A stretch of DNA of 64,000 nt, taken from NCBI GenBank assembly GCA_951406725.2, contig OX597820.1:27528001-27592000 (forward strand). The letters run 5' to 3'. The position numbers and the translations under genes were made by a program. Each line of letters opens with the position of its first letter. Position 1 is the stretch's first letter. Shown here piece after piece: positions 1 through 13,340 of the stretch. Under the pieces are notes generated by a model. That model was not told where the DNA came from. It saw nothing but the letters and a program-made list of their open reading frames with translations, and did no database searches. Source of the DNA: Octopus vulgaris (lineage: Eukaryota).

Positions 1-11
1 TTTTCAAATAT

Positions 12-284
12 GTGAAGGCACATGGCCTAGTGGTTAGAGCAGCGGACTCGCGGTTGTGGGGTCGCGGATTCGAATCTCAGACCGGGCGATGAGTGTGTTC
101 ATGAGCAAAACACCTAAGCTCCACGAGGCTCCAGCAGAAAGTAATGGCGAACTTCTGCTGACTCTTTCACCACAACTTTCTCTCATTCTTTCCTCCTGCA
201 TCTTGCAGCTCACCTGCGACGGACCAGGAAAACGGAAAACCGGCCTTATGAACCAGCCATGGCTTGAGAAGGAACAAACAACAA
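12..284 (+). mobile_element. tRNA-Arg-derived SINE, family A
   Basis: A box TGGCCTAGTGG, anticodon-like TCG, B-box-like GATTCGAATC, (CAA)-like tail. TSD TTTTCAAATAT at 1-11 and 285-295. Homologous to 52678-52981 and 62108-62410. Confidence 0.9.
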
Positions 285-845
285 TTTTCAAATATATTAT
301 TCAATGCAAAAAAGGCTTTTATGGCAATCTGAGTGAATACGTGGCAACACCGTCGATGATTAGCCGAAGAATTAGGTGTTAAATATATTTATCGAATATT
401 TTGATTGGAATGACTTCGGATATAGTGGATAATCCTTAAGTAATCTACTATAGAAATATCTAGAAATATCGGGTAACAAACCTCCATGAAATCAAAAACC
501 ATTGTCTGAGAAAAGAAAACATTTTAAAAGTTTCTCTTTATGTGTGTGTGTGTGTGTATGTGTGTGTGTGTGTGTGTGCGTGTATGTGTGTGTGTGTGTG
601 CGTGTGTGCGCGCGCGTGTATACACTTGTCACCAGTTGAAATATGCTTCAGGCATATTCGAAAGCATGGAGAAAATTTCTCGGTGCGGACAAATAGGTAT
701 AAACACATCGTGTCAACTGATAGCGCGCCTTTTAAACTCAGAGACCAGAAACACACACGTTATGATCTGACACGAAGGACAAATCCATTCATATAATATT
801 CCAGCCATCATTCAATCATTTGTTTCGCGGTTAAGTGGCTGAGCA

Positions 846-907
<62 letters not shown>

Positions 908-1495
908 CTGATGCAGTACCAGGCAATGGCTCTCATGGATGCCCTGATGCAGTACCAGGCAATGGCTCTCATGGCTTCTGATCTCAACTGATTGGAAGTG
1001 TTATCATGTACATTGTTTTTGTCTTGGTATAAAAGATGGGCTACAGCAAATATTCTGCTCAATACCACAGATTTGCTTGTCACTTGTTTGACCTTAACCA
1101 GTTGAGCATGTCCCTTAGTGGCTGACGATATGTGCATCTCTGATCACGAGCAGAAGTAGTGGGGGAGCATCATAGCCATGTGTTGAGAGGGATTCTTTGG
1201 GGTTTGAATAATTCACCTCTGGAAACATGGGTGGTTCTTTCAACATCCTTAAACAACCCTTATTCAGGGACCTTTTGAGCGGGATGGGTTACTCAACCTG
1301 AAGAAAATTCTAACTGGGCCCCACCTGCAAGGTCATGTGCTGTTTATCTTGATATGAGATCACCATGTCGCGCACATATGGTTGTGATGCATGTGCCTGG
1401 TGTACCCTTATCAGACGGGTTGTCATGATGGGTATATTGGGCTTCGTACATTTTACCCCAGTGTCACTTTGATGGCATGAACTGCTCTCTCACTC
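908..1495. mobile_element. Non-coding interspersed element embedded in (AAT)n
   Basis: 588 bp of complex sequence with (AAT)n on both sides (848-907, 1496-1540). 31-bp terminal duplication with period 36 (908-938 and 944-974). No terminal inverted repeat (TIR) or tRNA head seen. Confidence 0.6.
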
Positions 1496-1530
<35 letters not shown>

Positions 1531-1809
1531 TAATAATAATAGTGGGTTGACAGCACTAAGTAGTGATATGTATAACTACAAGCTTGCTACCAGTTCAAAT
1601 ATGTGTAGGAAATATATTAGAACCTGTAAGAACGCCTTGCACTGTATTTTGTCATGGACTGTAGACACATCGGCATAGAAACATCGACTCAGCTCACAGC
1701 GTCTCCTGAACGACTGTGGGATGCATGCACTTCGGAGTGTTATCTCCTCCTCAGCCAGAGAGAACAGAAAGGCAAATGCAACGAACTGACACGAAACAGA
1801 GGTCCCTTT

Positions 1810-1875
<66 letters not shown>

Positions 1876-1877
<2 letters not shown>

Positions 1878-2052
1878 CTAAATCCACAAGTTTTTTTCTA
1901 AATCTTTGTTTATTTTCTCTTATATTTTCTGTTGAAGAGCGTAGGCTCGAAATATAAAACACTTTCTCACTTTCCCGAGCGTCAAACTAATACGCCTTCT
2001 TGTTGTTCATACTCTAGTCTTCGTCGTTTGTTTTTCTATATATTTCAACTAT
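1876..2052 (+). mobile_element. Short (TA)n-adjacent repeat with hammerhead-like motif, probable PLE terminal repeat
   Basis: Homologous to 31105-31300 (minus). Contains CTGTTGA-A-GAGC-GTAG-GCTC-GAAA. Abuts (TA)n. Confidence 0.55.
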
Positions 2053-2100
2053 ATTTATACATATGTATATATGTATAAATATATGCAAATAAATGTATAA

Positions 2101-2142
<42 letters not shown>

Positions 2143-2217
2143 TTCTTAAGTAATGAGATGATGGATTTGGTACTAATATTTATTTTGTTCAACGATCATT
2201 AAAGATATATTTGTGTG

Positions 2218-2250
<33 letters not shown>

Positions 2251-3365
2251 AGAAATATATGCATATAAATGTATGTGTGTATATATATATAGTTATATTG
2301 ATATAGATATATATACACACACACACACACAATTTTCGTATACGTTTATATCTATTTGTATATATACATGTGAGTGTATATATGTGTGCATCCTTGTATG
2401 CGTGCGCGTGTGTTCGTGCGCATCTATAATATATGTGTACGTGTTTGCTTACTATCATGTATATATGTATGCGATGCGTCTAGATGAGCAAATATACTTG
2501 GTTGTTTTATAACTCATATACAACAATGAAGAAATAAAAAACAAAAGAAAATGGAAAATACAATAAAACATTCTTCATCCATCACATCTTGCTGGCAGCA
2601 AGTTTAAAAATAATGAAAAGACAAAAAAAACTACAAACAAACAAAAAAAAAAGACAAAAACAAAGAGAAACCAAATCTTATTTGCATAACACACGATGGA
2701 GCATATCGAATAAACAATTCTATGTTATATTTCTTCCGAAAAAAAAATGCTATCACGGTTCAGAATTAATTAAATCGAATTATACAAAAGAATTCCTATC
2801 ACCAATAGAATGCCACATGTCTGGAGGTCGAGTATATTCAATCAAATTGTAAATGGTATTTTTTGTTTGCTTTTTTTTTATGTCTCCCCCACCCCGAAGG
2901 GTCAAATGTAAAACTCGCGTTGAACTGAGAAAATAGAGCTTAAATTTAGCCAGAAAATGGACAAGCTTCTCTTTGCAATATTTGAAAGAAAACTGCATTG
3001 AAACTAAAAAATGAGAAGCTCAACGGCTATAAAACCATAAAAGAATATGAATTTAGCCGTTTAGAATTAAGCGCATAGACACAGTTTTTGTGGAACCTGC
3101 CATCCGCTTCTTATAACAATCTTCTATTCTATCCAGTCTGGCAGACTCGTTTGTAAATCGTTGGATGGAATAAAGCCTCACAACTGATATAGGCATAAAA
3201 AACATATAAAGGTGATAGATCGTTGAAATATATGGGAGAATACATTATAAGTGTGTGTGTGTGTGCGTGCGAGTGTGTGCTCGTGTGTGTACGTTAGTGT
3301 TTGTGTGGGTGTGTATGTTTGTATCCGTGCGTTAGTGTGTGTCTCTCTGTCTCTCTCTCTCTCTG

Positions 3366-3400
<35 letters not shown>

Positions 3401-3628
3401 GTTTTATATATATACATACACACACACACACATATATATATGTTTGTGATATATATATATATATATTATATGTATATATATATATATATATATACATACA
3501 TATATACATATACATATATATATATATACATATATACATATATATAACACGCTCTACTCTATGATGCGTCGTGCATGGCAACATATTGTTCCAAACGATA
3601 GACACACAGAAGACACACACAAACACAT

Positions 3629-3697
<69 letters not shown>

Positions 3698-4051
3698 TAC
3701 GCACACACACATACACACACACATACACACACAAACAAACATCTAACAACACATTTTGACAATTTTACATTAAAGGAAAAATGAGTTCTGCAATATGGCG
3801 AAAAATACAACTTCCGATGCTCCAGGGCGGATTCTAATTTCGATTATCGGTGATAGCTACTGTCACTGCATTTACGCCGCAAATAATTTCATGAGAATTA
3901 TGAACATCGTGTTCCTTCCTCATCTTCAGTCCAATCACATACATAGGATTTGTGTTTGTGTGCCTAGCCAACATACACATATATTCTATGTTTGGCATGT
4001 ATACGTGTTAAAACACGAGAATATATATTATACGTGTAATGCATACGTTTG

Positions 4052-4105
<54 letters not shown>

Positions 4106-4163
4106 CATATATATATCTATCTATCTATCTATCTATATATCTATCTATCTATCTATCTATCTA

Positions 4164-4198
<35 letters not shown>

Positions 4199-4356
4199 CT
4201 CTATCTATCTTATCTAACTACCTATCTATCTATCTACTCACCTATTTCTCTCTTTCTCTCTCTATCTGTCTGTCTGTCAGTCTATCTATCTATGTGTGTC
4301 TGAAGTAATTATATCTGCGCATATATGCACTGCTTATAAATGTGAAGTTACGCATA

Positions 4357-4762
4357 GGCGCAGGAGTGGCTGTGTGGTAAGTAGCATGCTTACCAACCAC
4401 ATAGTTCTGGGTTCAGTCCCACTACATGGTACCTTGGGTAAGTGTCTTCTACTATAGCCCCCAGGCCAACCAAAGCCTTGTGAGTGGATCTGGTAGACGG
4501 AAACAGAAAGAAGCTCGTCGTATATATATATATATATGTGTGTGTGTTTGTGTGCCTGTGTTTGTCCCCCCCCCCCCCCATCATCGCTTGACAACCGATT
4601 CTGGTGTGTTTACGTCCCCGTTACTTAGCGGTTCCGCAAAAGAGACCGATCGAATAAGTACTAGGCTTACAAAGAATAAGTCCTGGGGTCAATTTGCTAG
4701 ATTAAAAAGGCGGTGCTCCAGCATGGCTGCAGTCAAATGACTGAAACAAGTAAAAGAATAAA
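4357..4762 (+). mobile_element. SINE family B (tRNA-like head, CORE-like CCTTGGGCAAGT, internal TA/TG microsatellite)
   Basis: Closely similar to 28881-29296, 63121-63578 and several minus-strand copies. Confidence 0.9.
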
Positions 4763-4912
4763 CGAAAACAAAGAATAATATAGCGAAACATACACATTCA
4801 TACACACAAATACATGCATGAATACACGTATAGTACACACACTTATATACATAGACATATAGATAACTAATATACATAGATACATAAATATATATATATA
4901 TATATATATATA

Positions 4913-5108
4913 TTTATTATATAGAAGGAGCTTCTACAGGACTAGAACTGTTTCATTCACGAGAAATCTTCAGGAGCTTCCTGAAGATTTCTCTTGAATG
5001 AAACAGTTCTAGTCCTGTAGAAGCTCCTTCTATATAATAAATTAATTTTACTCTGCTATGTATTGAGTACCTTATTTACTGTGGTTAACCCCGAATCAAC
5101 CCGGGACC

Positions 5109-5111
<3 letters not shown>
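4913..5111. mobile_element. Fold-back PLE terminal-repeat module inside (TA)n
   Basis: Near-perfect inverted repeat 4913-4974 / 4980-5041 with one arm mismatch, plus a unique tail to about 5111. (TA)n on both sides. Confidence 0.7.
4972..5028 (+). ncRNA. Type I hammerhead ribozyme motif
   Basis: Helix I AGGAGCTTC/GAAGCTCCT; CTGAAGA at 4981-4987; weak helix II (TTC/GAA); GAAA at 5000-5003; helix III ACAG/CTGT; cleavage triplet GTA at 5017-5019. Confidence 0.75.
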
Positions 5112-5169
<58 letters not shown>

Positions 5170-5780
5170 TAGTTTGTGTTTGTATGTTTGTGTATATATA
5201 TGTGTGTGTCTGTGCATATATATATATATATACATAGACATACATATACAACTAAATATACATAAGCTCGCTCACACACATATAGATAGGCATATACACA
5301 CGTTACTCAATACCAGAGATAAGCATGCACAGGTGTAACGCATACATACATACATACACACATACACGCACAATCACACACGCACACAGACACACGCATA
5401 AAAACACACACTATACACACATGCAATATATATATATATCTACTACCATTTACCTTTGTCTTAATTTGATTCCATTTGATGCTATATTCAATATCGAGCA
5501 CTCACCCCTACCTTATATTATTTCTTTATTTCCCAGCCACTAATGATGTTCATCTTAAACAGATGGTAATCCACAGCAATGATATAACAAAAACGTTTTA
5601 GTTATCATTGTGAATATTTCTAAATTGAAGGACATTTCAAACCATTATCTTACGTAATTGACGTGCATTATATATATGCTCTTCGCGTATTTTGCTTATC
5701 TTCTAAAGATGTGCTTGCCAAAACGCCTTGGCATTAATCGATAACTAAAGCTTAACAAGCAGATGTTGAATGGAACAATC

Positions 5781-5852
<72 letters not shown>

Positions 5853-5875
5853 ATATATATATATCATATATCATG

Positions 5876-5917
<42 letters not shown>

Positions 5918-6367
5918 CTCCTTTTACGATCCCTTTTGATCGAAACTCCCCCTTCCTTTTTTTTTTTTTAAACCTTCAAAAGAAAAGCTCTACCTTGTAA
6001 TTTGTTCTATCTGTGTGCAGCCCTGTGTGGCTAATAAAGAAACATATCTATCTATCTATCTGTCTGTCTGTCTGTCTCTCTGTCTGTCTGTTTGTCTGTC
6101 TGTCTGTGTGTCTGTCTGTCTGTCTTTCTGTCTGTCTGTCTGTCCGTCCATCTATCTATCTATGTATATATGTATGTATGTATGTATCTATCTATCTATT
6201 TATCTATCTAAATATCTATATATATCTGCCTGTCTGTCTGTTTCTATGTCTATCTGCCTGTCTGTTTGACTGTCTGCCTTTCTGTCTCTCTGAATGTCTG
6301 TCCATCTTTCTGTCTCTCTATTTCTTTTTCACATTCCACTAAGCATATACACATACAAACAGTCAGA

Positions 6368-6427
<60 letters not shown>

Positions 6428-6756
6428 ACACGAAAGGATTAAAAAGAAAGCCGATGACGGTGGGATTCTTACTCAACATATTAAAACATGTAATTTAACA
6501 CTAAAACGAATTTTGTTCCCTTCTAAACATTTTCCGACTCTTCCACATGTCTTTGCCAAATGGAAGATAATTGTTTCTTTCACACGTATTGGACTAGAAG
6601 TTTGAGTTGATGAGATAGCATTCAATTATATCGTATCCATTCCGTAGCTGCTTCTTATTTCTTCGACGCTGGTCGATTGTAAGATACCAGTATTCAGTGT
6701 TTAAATCCCACCTTCGAGATAATTAATATGTATGGCTATTATTTCACCGCAATAGA

Positions 6757-6961
6757 AAGCTGGCAGAATCGTTAGCATGCTGTGAATTTGCTTAGCGGCT
6801 TTTCGTCCGTCTTTATGTTCTGAGTTCAAATTCCGCCGAGGCCGACTTTGCCTTTCTTCATTTTGAGGTTGATAATATAAATACCAGTTGAGCATTGGAG
6901 TTGATGTAATCGACTCGCACCCTCCTTCGAACTTGTTCGTCTTGTGCCAAAATTTGAAATG
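6757..6961 (+). mobile_element. SINE family C
   Basis: Head AGCTGGCAGAATCGTTAGC, B box GAGTTCAAATTCC, core GACTTTGCCTTTC..GATAA..ACCAG. Confidence 0.85.
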
Positions 6962-7461
6962 AATATATTACCTCATCATTATTATAATTCGCTTAAAATA
7001 CGTATGTTTATAAAACACTCATATTTCCTCGCATGATATGAGTTTTAGCTTGTAATGTATTTGTAGTACAGATAGTTGTTACTTCACTATAGAAAGACAT
7101 TTATATATCCCTAAGAAATGTGGAGATAGTTTTGAAGCGTGCAAAAATGTTAAAGATACACTGCGGAGCCTAAATTAAATGCTGCACTAAGCGTGTTTAG
7201 ATTGTAGCATACTTTTGAAAGAAAATTAAACTCTCAGTTAATGTAATGAGGAAACTAAAACAACTGTTCTGCCATTCATTCGATGCTTTTGTATAAAGGC
7301 CTCCAGAAAGTGTTTTACTTTATGTTAACAACCATTCGGTCTACCATCGGTTTTCTACTCCACCCAACTATTGACATATTAATCAATGCATCTCCAGTCA
7401 AAGTAAAACAGTGGTTAATAAACTATTGCTGAGGTAGCCAGGTCTATTTTATATACATATT

Positions 7462-7863
7462 CCTTTACTGCCCACAAAGGGCTAAACATAGAGGGGACAA
7501 ACAAGGACAGACAAACGGATTTAGTCGATTACATCGACCCCAGTGCGAAACTGGTACTTTATTTATCGATCCCGAAAGGATGAAAGGCAAAGTCGACCTC
7601 GACGGAATATGAACTCAGAACGTAACGGCAGACGAAATGCCTATTTCTTTACTATCCACAAGGGGCTAAACACAGAAGGGACAAACAAGGACAGACAAAC
7701 GGATTAAGTCGATTATATCGACCCCAGTGCGAAACTGGTACTTTATTTATCGATCCCGAAAGGATGAAAGGCAAAGTCGACCTCGGCGGAATTTGAACTC
7801 AGAACGTAAAGACAGACGAAATACCGCTAAGCATTTCGCCCGGCGCGCTAACGTTTCTGCCAG
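7462..7863 (-). mobile_element. SINE family C with tandemly duplicated ~180-bp body
   Basis: Two consecutive units (about 7462-7642 and 7643-7825) followed by the head. Confidence 0.88.
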
Positions 7864-8494
7864 ATCGATGCCCTCGGTCTATATTATATATAACAAAATA
7901 ACTCATCCTGAATTTGTAAATTATCGAATGGAGTACTAGATTTATACGTGTTCACATTCACTCATTCGAGCCTATACTTACACGATGTCCCGATTCTCCA
8001 TAAAGCATATACATAAAATTATGTTAATATTGAATCACACCGATATGGACAACATTTCTTCAGACACAGGCTAAAATCTACTTCAATCGTGTTGAAACCT
8101 GTTTCTCAAACAATAGATTTAAATTAGTATATATATCAAATCCGACCTCTCCCTTCTTACCCGTACTACTAGAGAACATTAAGTGTAACTAACAATCTGT
8201 GTGTCGCTGCCTGCTTGTGCCTGTCTGCCTGTCTGTATGTCTGTCTGTCAGTATGTATGTATGTATGTATCTATCTAGCTAGCTACCTACATACTTGTCT
8301 CTCTATATGTGTAAATATATATGTATATGTATGAATATATACATATATATATATATACATATATATATACATATACATATGTATATATATAAATTAGAAA
8401 AAACACCTTTTATTAATTCAATAATGAAAAATGTAATTATATCATGATTAAGTAATGTGCAAAATATATATTTTGCACATTACAAAGACTACTG

Positions 8495-8581
8495 CTAGCT
8501 CTCTCTGCGCACGCAACCATTTGCTGCCATCTGTTGGTGCGCTACAGAACTAGTCCGGAATCTTTTTGATATCACCTTGTA
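8495..8581. mobile_element. Solo end of a mariner-type DNA transposon
   Basis: Ends GTCCGGAATCTTTTTGATATCACCTTGTA, the reverse complement of a TA-CAAGGTG..AAAAAG.TTCCGGAC TIR-like sequence. No partner TIR seen. Confidence 0.4.
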
Positions 8582-8619
8582 TGTATTTCTCTAAATATAT
8601 ATAAATGTGTGCGTGTGTG

Positions 8620-8962
8620 TATTCTTTCACTTGTCTCAGTTATTTGACTGCGGCAATGCTGGAGCACCGCCTTGAAAGGTTTTAGTTGAACAACTCGAAC
8701 CTAGGACTTATTTCTTAAGCCTAGTAATTCTTCTATCGATCGATATTGCCGAACCGCTAGGTTACGGGGATGTAAACACACCAACACGAGTTGTCTCTCT
8801 CTCTCACACACACGCATATATACATACGACGGGCTTCTTTCAGTTTCCCTCTAGCAAATGCAGTCACGAGGCTTTCGTCAGCCCAAGGCTATAGTAAAAG
8901 GCATTTGCGCACGGTGCCACGCAGCCGGAACCACGTGGTTGGGAAGCAAGATTGTTACCACG
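8620..8962 (-). mobile_element. SINE family B, diverged
   Basis: Reverse-complement similarity to 63121-63578. Confidence 0.8.
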
Positions 8963-9039
8963 TACACGCTATACGTATTATACACACACACACACGCACA
9001 CACACTCACATACACAAACACACACGCACACACACATAG

Positions 9040-9098
<59 letters not shown>

Positions 9099-9257
9099 AT
9101 ATGTATAGCATACACTAAAAATCATATACATAATTACTATAAGCATATTTACATATCAAATCTAACATAGTTAACATAGTAAGTAAAGCAAAACGAACAG
9201 ACATATTTTGAATTCTCCCACAGGCTGCAAATGCTCAAAAACAGTATATAAACAATA

Positions 9258-10332
9258 TATTGGGTCATCCCATAAATAATGCTGTTTTTTCAATTGCATG
9301 AACTAAATAAATAAACTACCTGCATCAACTTGCTATAAAAGCAGGTAGTAATTTTACCTTGTGCCTTATTCTTAGTGCAAATTTTAAAGAGTGCAGCTCG
9401 ATTTTAACAGTAATTTTTTCAAAGCTATAATGGAAGTGACAAAGGAGTATATTCGGCATATTTTGCTGCATGAGTCCAATAAAGGCAACAATGCAACGGA
9501 AAGTGCAAGGAATATTAATGCAGTATATGGGAATCGAAGAATAAACATAAGGCAGTACCGATGGTGTCACCAGAAATTCCGAGCCGGAAACTATAGCCTA
9601 GAAGATGAGCCCCGTTCTGGAAGATCTGTAGAACTCGACGAGGACATCCTGCAAGCCCTGGTGAAGCAAAATCACATTGTAACTGTTGGGGAACTAGCAG
9701 AAAAGATTGAATTTGGTCATCCAACCATTAATCGATACCTGCGTGCTATCGGAAAAGTCAGCAATTTGGGCCAATGTGTTCCTCAGAAACTTTCCGAGTC
9801 TAATCAGGCGCAAAATGTGAATGTGTGTTTTTCTTTGCAGTTACGTCTCACGAAGGAATCTTTTTTGGACCGATTAGTGACTGGTGACGAGAAACGGATT
9901 CTCAAAAATGTAAAGCGCCGAAGACAGTGGGTAGGGAAAGGAGAAACACCGGCACCCCAGGCTAAAGAAGGTCTTCACCCACGTAAGTTGTTGTTATCTG
10001 TTTAGCGGAATATGAAAGATTTAGTCCACTTTGAACTTTTAAACCCAAACCAAACGATAACAAAGCCGATCTATTGCGGACAATTTGAGGAGCTTAAGTC
10101 AGCGCTAGAAGATAAACGACCATCTTTGGTTTCAAGACGAAAGGTGTTCTTCCATCAAGATAATACTCGGCCACATACAGGGAGGATGACAGTCCAAAGG
10201 CTGGAGCAGTTTCAATGGGAAACGATGACCTACCCACCGTATTCGTCAGACATTGCCCCATCTGAGTATCATTTATTCCGCACTCTTCAAAATTATTTGG
10301 ACGGAAAAAGCTTTGGTAGACCAAATTTCTGA
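9258..10332 (+). mobile_element. Mariner (DD34D-type) transposon, 3'-truncated
   Basis: TA plus TIR TTGGGTCATCCCATAAATAATG at 9258, followed by the transposase. No right TIR seen. Confidence 0.92.
9430..10332 (+). pseudogene. Mariner transposase pseudogene
   Basis: MEVTKEYIRHILL, LEDEPRSGR, CVPQKL (WVPHEL-like), VTGDEK, HQDNTRPH, YSSDIAPSEYHLF. In-frame TAG at 10003-10005 where Trp is expected. Confidence 0.92.
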
Positions 10333-10419
10333 TCGAAGGCGCGTCATCTTTGGGCATACGGTTTCTTTCAAGATACAGTGTATAGACGACTACATTATCC
10401 AATGTTTCCTTTAGAGAAA

Positions 10420-10705
10420 AGCTGGTTATGATTTCTGGAAAATGTGGTTGCTATTTTCAGCAGAGCAACTGGATATAAAGAAGAGTCATCGTTGCTTATG
10501 TTCTTGGTTTCTTTTCCCGATACAGTTAGTAATTTGTGGAAGGTTTGGTTGCTATTTTTAGCGGGTCAGCCGGCTGTGTAGAGGAGCCATTGTCGCTTAT
10601 GTTCTTGCCTTCCTTTTCTAGATACAGTCCGTAAACTGTGAAAGATTTGACTACCATGTGTACCAGACCTAGCGACCACGTTGGAATATCTTCGCTTATG
10701 TAAGG
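10420..10705. repeat. Degenerate tandem array of a TTTGG(T/C)TGCTATTT-containing unit
   Basis: About 3 units of ~100 bp. Related units at 40640-40790, 45540-45800 and 33070-33130. Confidence 0.6.
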
Positions 10706-11347
10706 CATACCAGTGACACAATGCGCCTTTGCTTTGAAATTGTGTTTGTCGTTAAACAAGAAATCAATCGATACAGCAGAATCCATTAAGTACAAGATTC
10801 AATTTTGTCAATGTTCCTGAAGTCCCTATGGTGTTACATAATCTAGTTGCTATCTGATATTAGTAATTAAATTATTCAATTTCTTGCTCTTTTCCAGGGC
10901 TTACTACATTCGTACTTGTTAACAAGTCTAATAATAATGATTGTATTTTGCTGACGTGTGTCCAACTACTTTGTTATTGTGAATGAGAAGACAAAAGCGG
11001 TGTGTTGACAAAATTGTCTGCGAATCTGAAAATAACTGGCGTACTTTAATTTTATGCGGTTCTTTACGTTGCGCGTTCAAATAGCGCCAAAGTCAACTTT
11101 GGCTTTTATTGTATACCTTTGGCTATACGGTTGATAAAATGAAGTACAAACCTCGATGGTATCGGCTAACCATTGCCCCGCTAAAAAAACTGCTGTTTTC
11201 AGAAACATTTGTGAACAGGAAGACACAAATACATTATTTACATTTGACGGATATTTGTCCTCATCTTGGTGAAATTTCGAACCTGGGTTCTCATTCCTAA
11301 AGCATTTTTCGACGTTATTATTATTATTATTATTATTATTATCATTA

Positions 11348-11415
<68 letters not shown>

Positions 11416-12224
11416 TTTATTATCATTATTATTATTATTACTATAATTTACTTCCACCAAAATGCCCCACAAGGAATTAGCGGCAGAAGTCTCTTTATAA
11501 AGGTGGCGCACAGAGGGACTGAACCCGAAACTGGCTGGTTGCAAAATGAGTTTAGGAAGCACACATCCATGCCTGTACCTTTATGCTTGTTCATTAATTT
11601 CCACTTTTATCAAAAGAATTATACATTTTAGGAAAACGAATGATACCTTTTATTGTTTTTCATTCATTTATATATTCTGTTGCTGAAAAATTCTAATACA
11701 TTCAAAATGCGACAACGTAATACGGTTCAACTGCATTGCCATCTTTGCATATCCTTTGTTTTACTTCCCTTCGCGTTTATTTATTCCTCTCTCCTCATTG
11801 TCTCTTTATATTTAATGTATCCAATTTCATACCGCAACCGTTAATTTTTATTTATTTAGTTTATTTGCTAAGCTCAGTCATTTTGTTTTTTGCAAAGTTT
11901 TAAGTTTATGAGAAAATAATGCTATTGCTGATATCTTTGTAATGTGGTTTAGGTTTAAATTGCAATTGGAGACATCATGTGCAATTTGGCTAGAATTAAT
12001 AACTATTCTAATTGCTATGGTAACACGGAAGCATTGACGAAGAAATTAATATGAGGAGAGACGGAATGACGTGAAACATGTTCAACAATAAGATAATAAC
12101 AATAATAACAACCAATATAATTTCTTCGCAATCAACGATGAGTTAATATTCTCTACTTTTCAGTTCTAGTTACAGTTTCGATTACTTGGTGAGGAAACTA
12201 TTTGCCATGTATCTGGTTAGCTTA

Positions 12225-12440
12225 ATAATCCTTTCTGCTATAGACACAGGGCATGAAATTTTGGGAGTGGGGCAGTCGATTAGGTCGATCGCAGTACGCA
12301 ACTGGTACTTATTTAATCGACCCTGAAAGGATGAAAGGCAAAGTCGACCTCGGCGGAATTTGAACTCAGAACGTAGCGAAAGGCGAAATACTGCTAAGCA
12401 TTTCGTCCATGGTGCCACCAATACTGCCAGCTTGTGGCCT
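12225..12440 (-). mobile_element. SINE family C
   Basis: Full head, core and tail in reverse complement. Confidence 0.88.
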
Positions 12441-12629
12441 TAATTTCTCCTAAATAGTGATTCCTGTCAATAGTTCTGAACTAAAAGGCTGTTGAATGGG
12501 TTATGAAGGAATACAAAGAAAGTCTAAACAGGATTTCCATTTCGAAATGGAAAACAAAAATGACGGCTGTGGGATGAGCGAGTATCTGATGTACTACAGT
12601 ATAAATTCATTGATGTTATTTATCCATTC

Positions 12630-12930
12630 ATCTTTCCGCCAAATATTCCTAGGTGGTTCGTTGGGGAAGAATACCTAGATATTTTGTTCATATGTCTATC
12701 AGAAGCAGCAATCATTATATTTTCCGGTTAGATTCCAAAGCGTTCCCATATGAGACATTGGATATTAACCAAACATCTCGTCCTTGTTCGACTCTTATGT
12801 TTCCTACTGGTCCGTCCAGCTTCAGGAATCTGGCCTGCTATTTTTTTCTTGCGTCTTTCTAATCACATATCTGTAGTACCGGAGCTGTGATATCTTAATG
12901 TGAAGAAGTAGCGGTTCCACCTGGAGAAAC
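12630..12930 (-). pseudogene. RTE-like LINE 3' fragment, decayed
   Basis: Minus-strand translation LQVEPLLLHIKISQLRYYRYVIRK..RKHKSRTRTRCL..ASDR resembles the RTE post-RT region (QLRWxGHVxR..RxRGRPRxRW..A.DR). Confidence 0.6.
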
Positions 12931-13110
12931 TTAATCTATGAGTAATGTTATTCCAGAATTTAATATAGTTTTCAAACTGAACTGAATTTAATACGGATGG
13001 AATTTAATGCAGATCTAATATACATTTTAAACTGAATTTGATATAGATTATAAGGTAACACTGCATATGTAAATTAATGGAACGCAATCAAATACACTGC
13101 ATAGTCGAAG

Positions 13111-13272
13111 ACCGTGACCGACCAGGCTATCAGATGTTGCGACACATCGCTGGTGACAATGCGCTTCGCATTGTTTTAGCCTTTATATGACGCCACCCCG
13201 CTGGCTAAGCGAGCAGGCCAACAGACGAAAGAGTGAGAGGAAGTTGTGGCGGAAAAGTATAGCAGGGATCGC
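13111..13272 (-). mobile_element. 3' part of a family-A-related SINE with a different tail
   Basis: Shares GAGTGAGAGRAAGTTGTGGCGRAA with 52807-52830. Head missing at the (CA)/(TA)n tract. Confidence 0.6.
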
Positions 13273-13275
13273 TAT

Positions 13276-13340
<65 letters not shown>

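Noticed and set aside
17-90. tRNA-Arg(TCG) gene
   Set aside because: It is the head of a SINE. The acceptor stem is not closed and the SINE body follows.
346-380. Hammerhead-like AACACC..GATGA..GAA..GGTGTT; similar traces at about 1768-1809 and 13360-13412 (minus)
   Set aside because: The core or helix II/III is too damaged to call. At most these are decayed PLE termini.
34-382. Recurrent similar ORFs (also 52495-52918, 62170-62481 and family B/C ORFs) looking like a gene family
   Set aside because: They are chance frames through SINE copies with A/B boxes and TSDs.
10420-10705. CRISPR-like repeat-spacer array
   Set aside because: The context is eukaryotic, the repeats are degenerate, the spacers resemble each other, and there are no cas genes.
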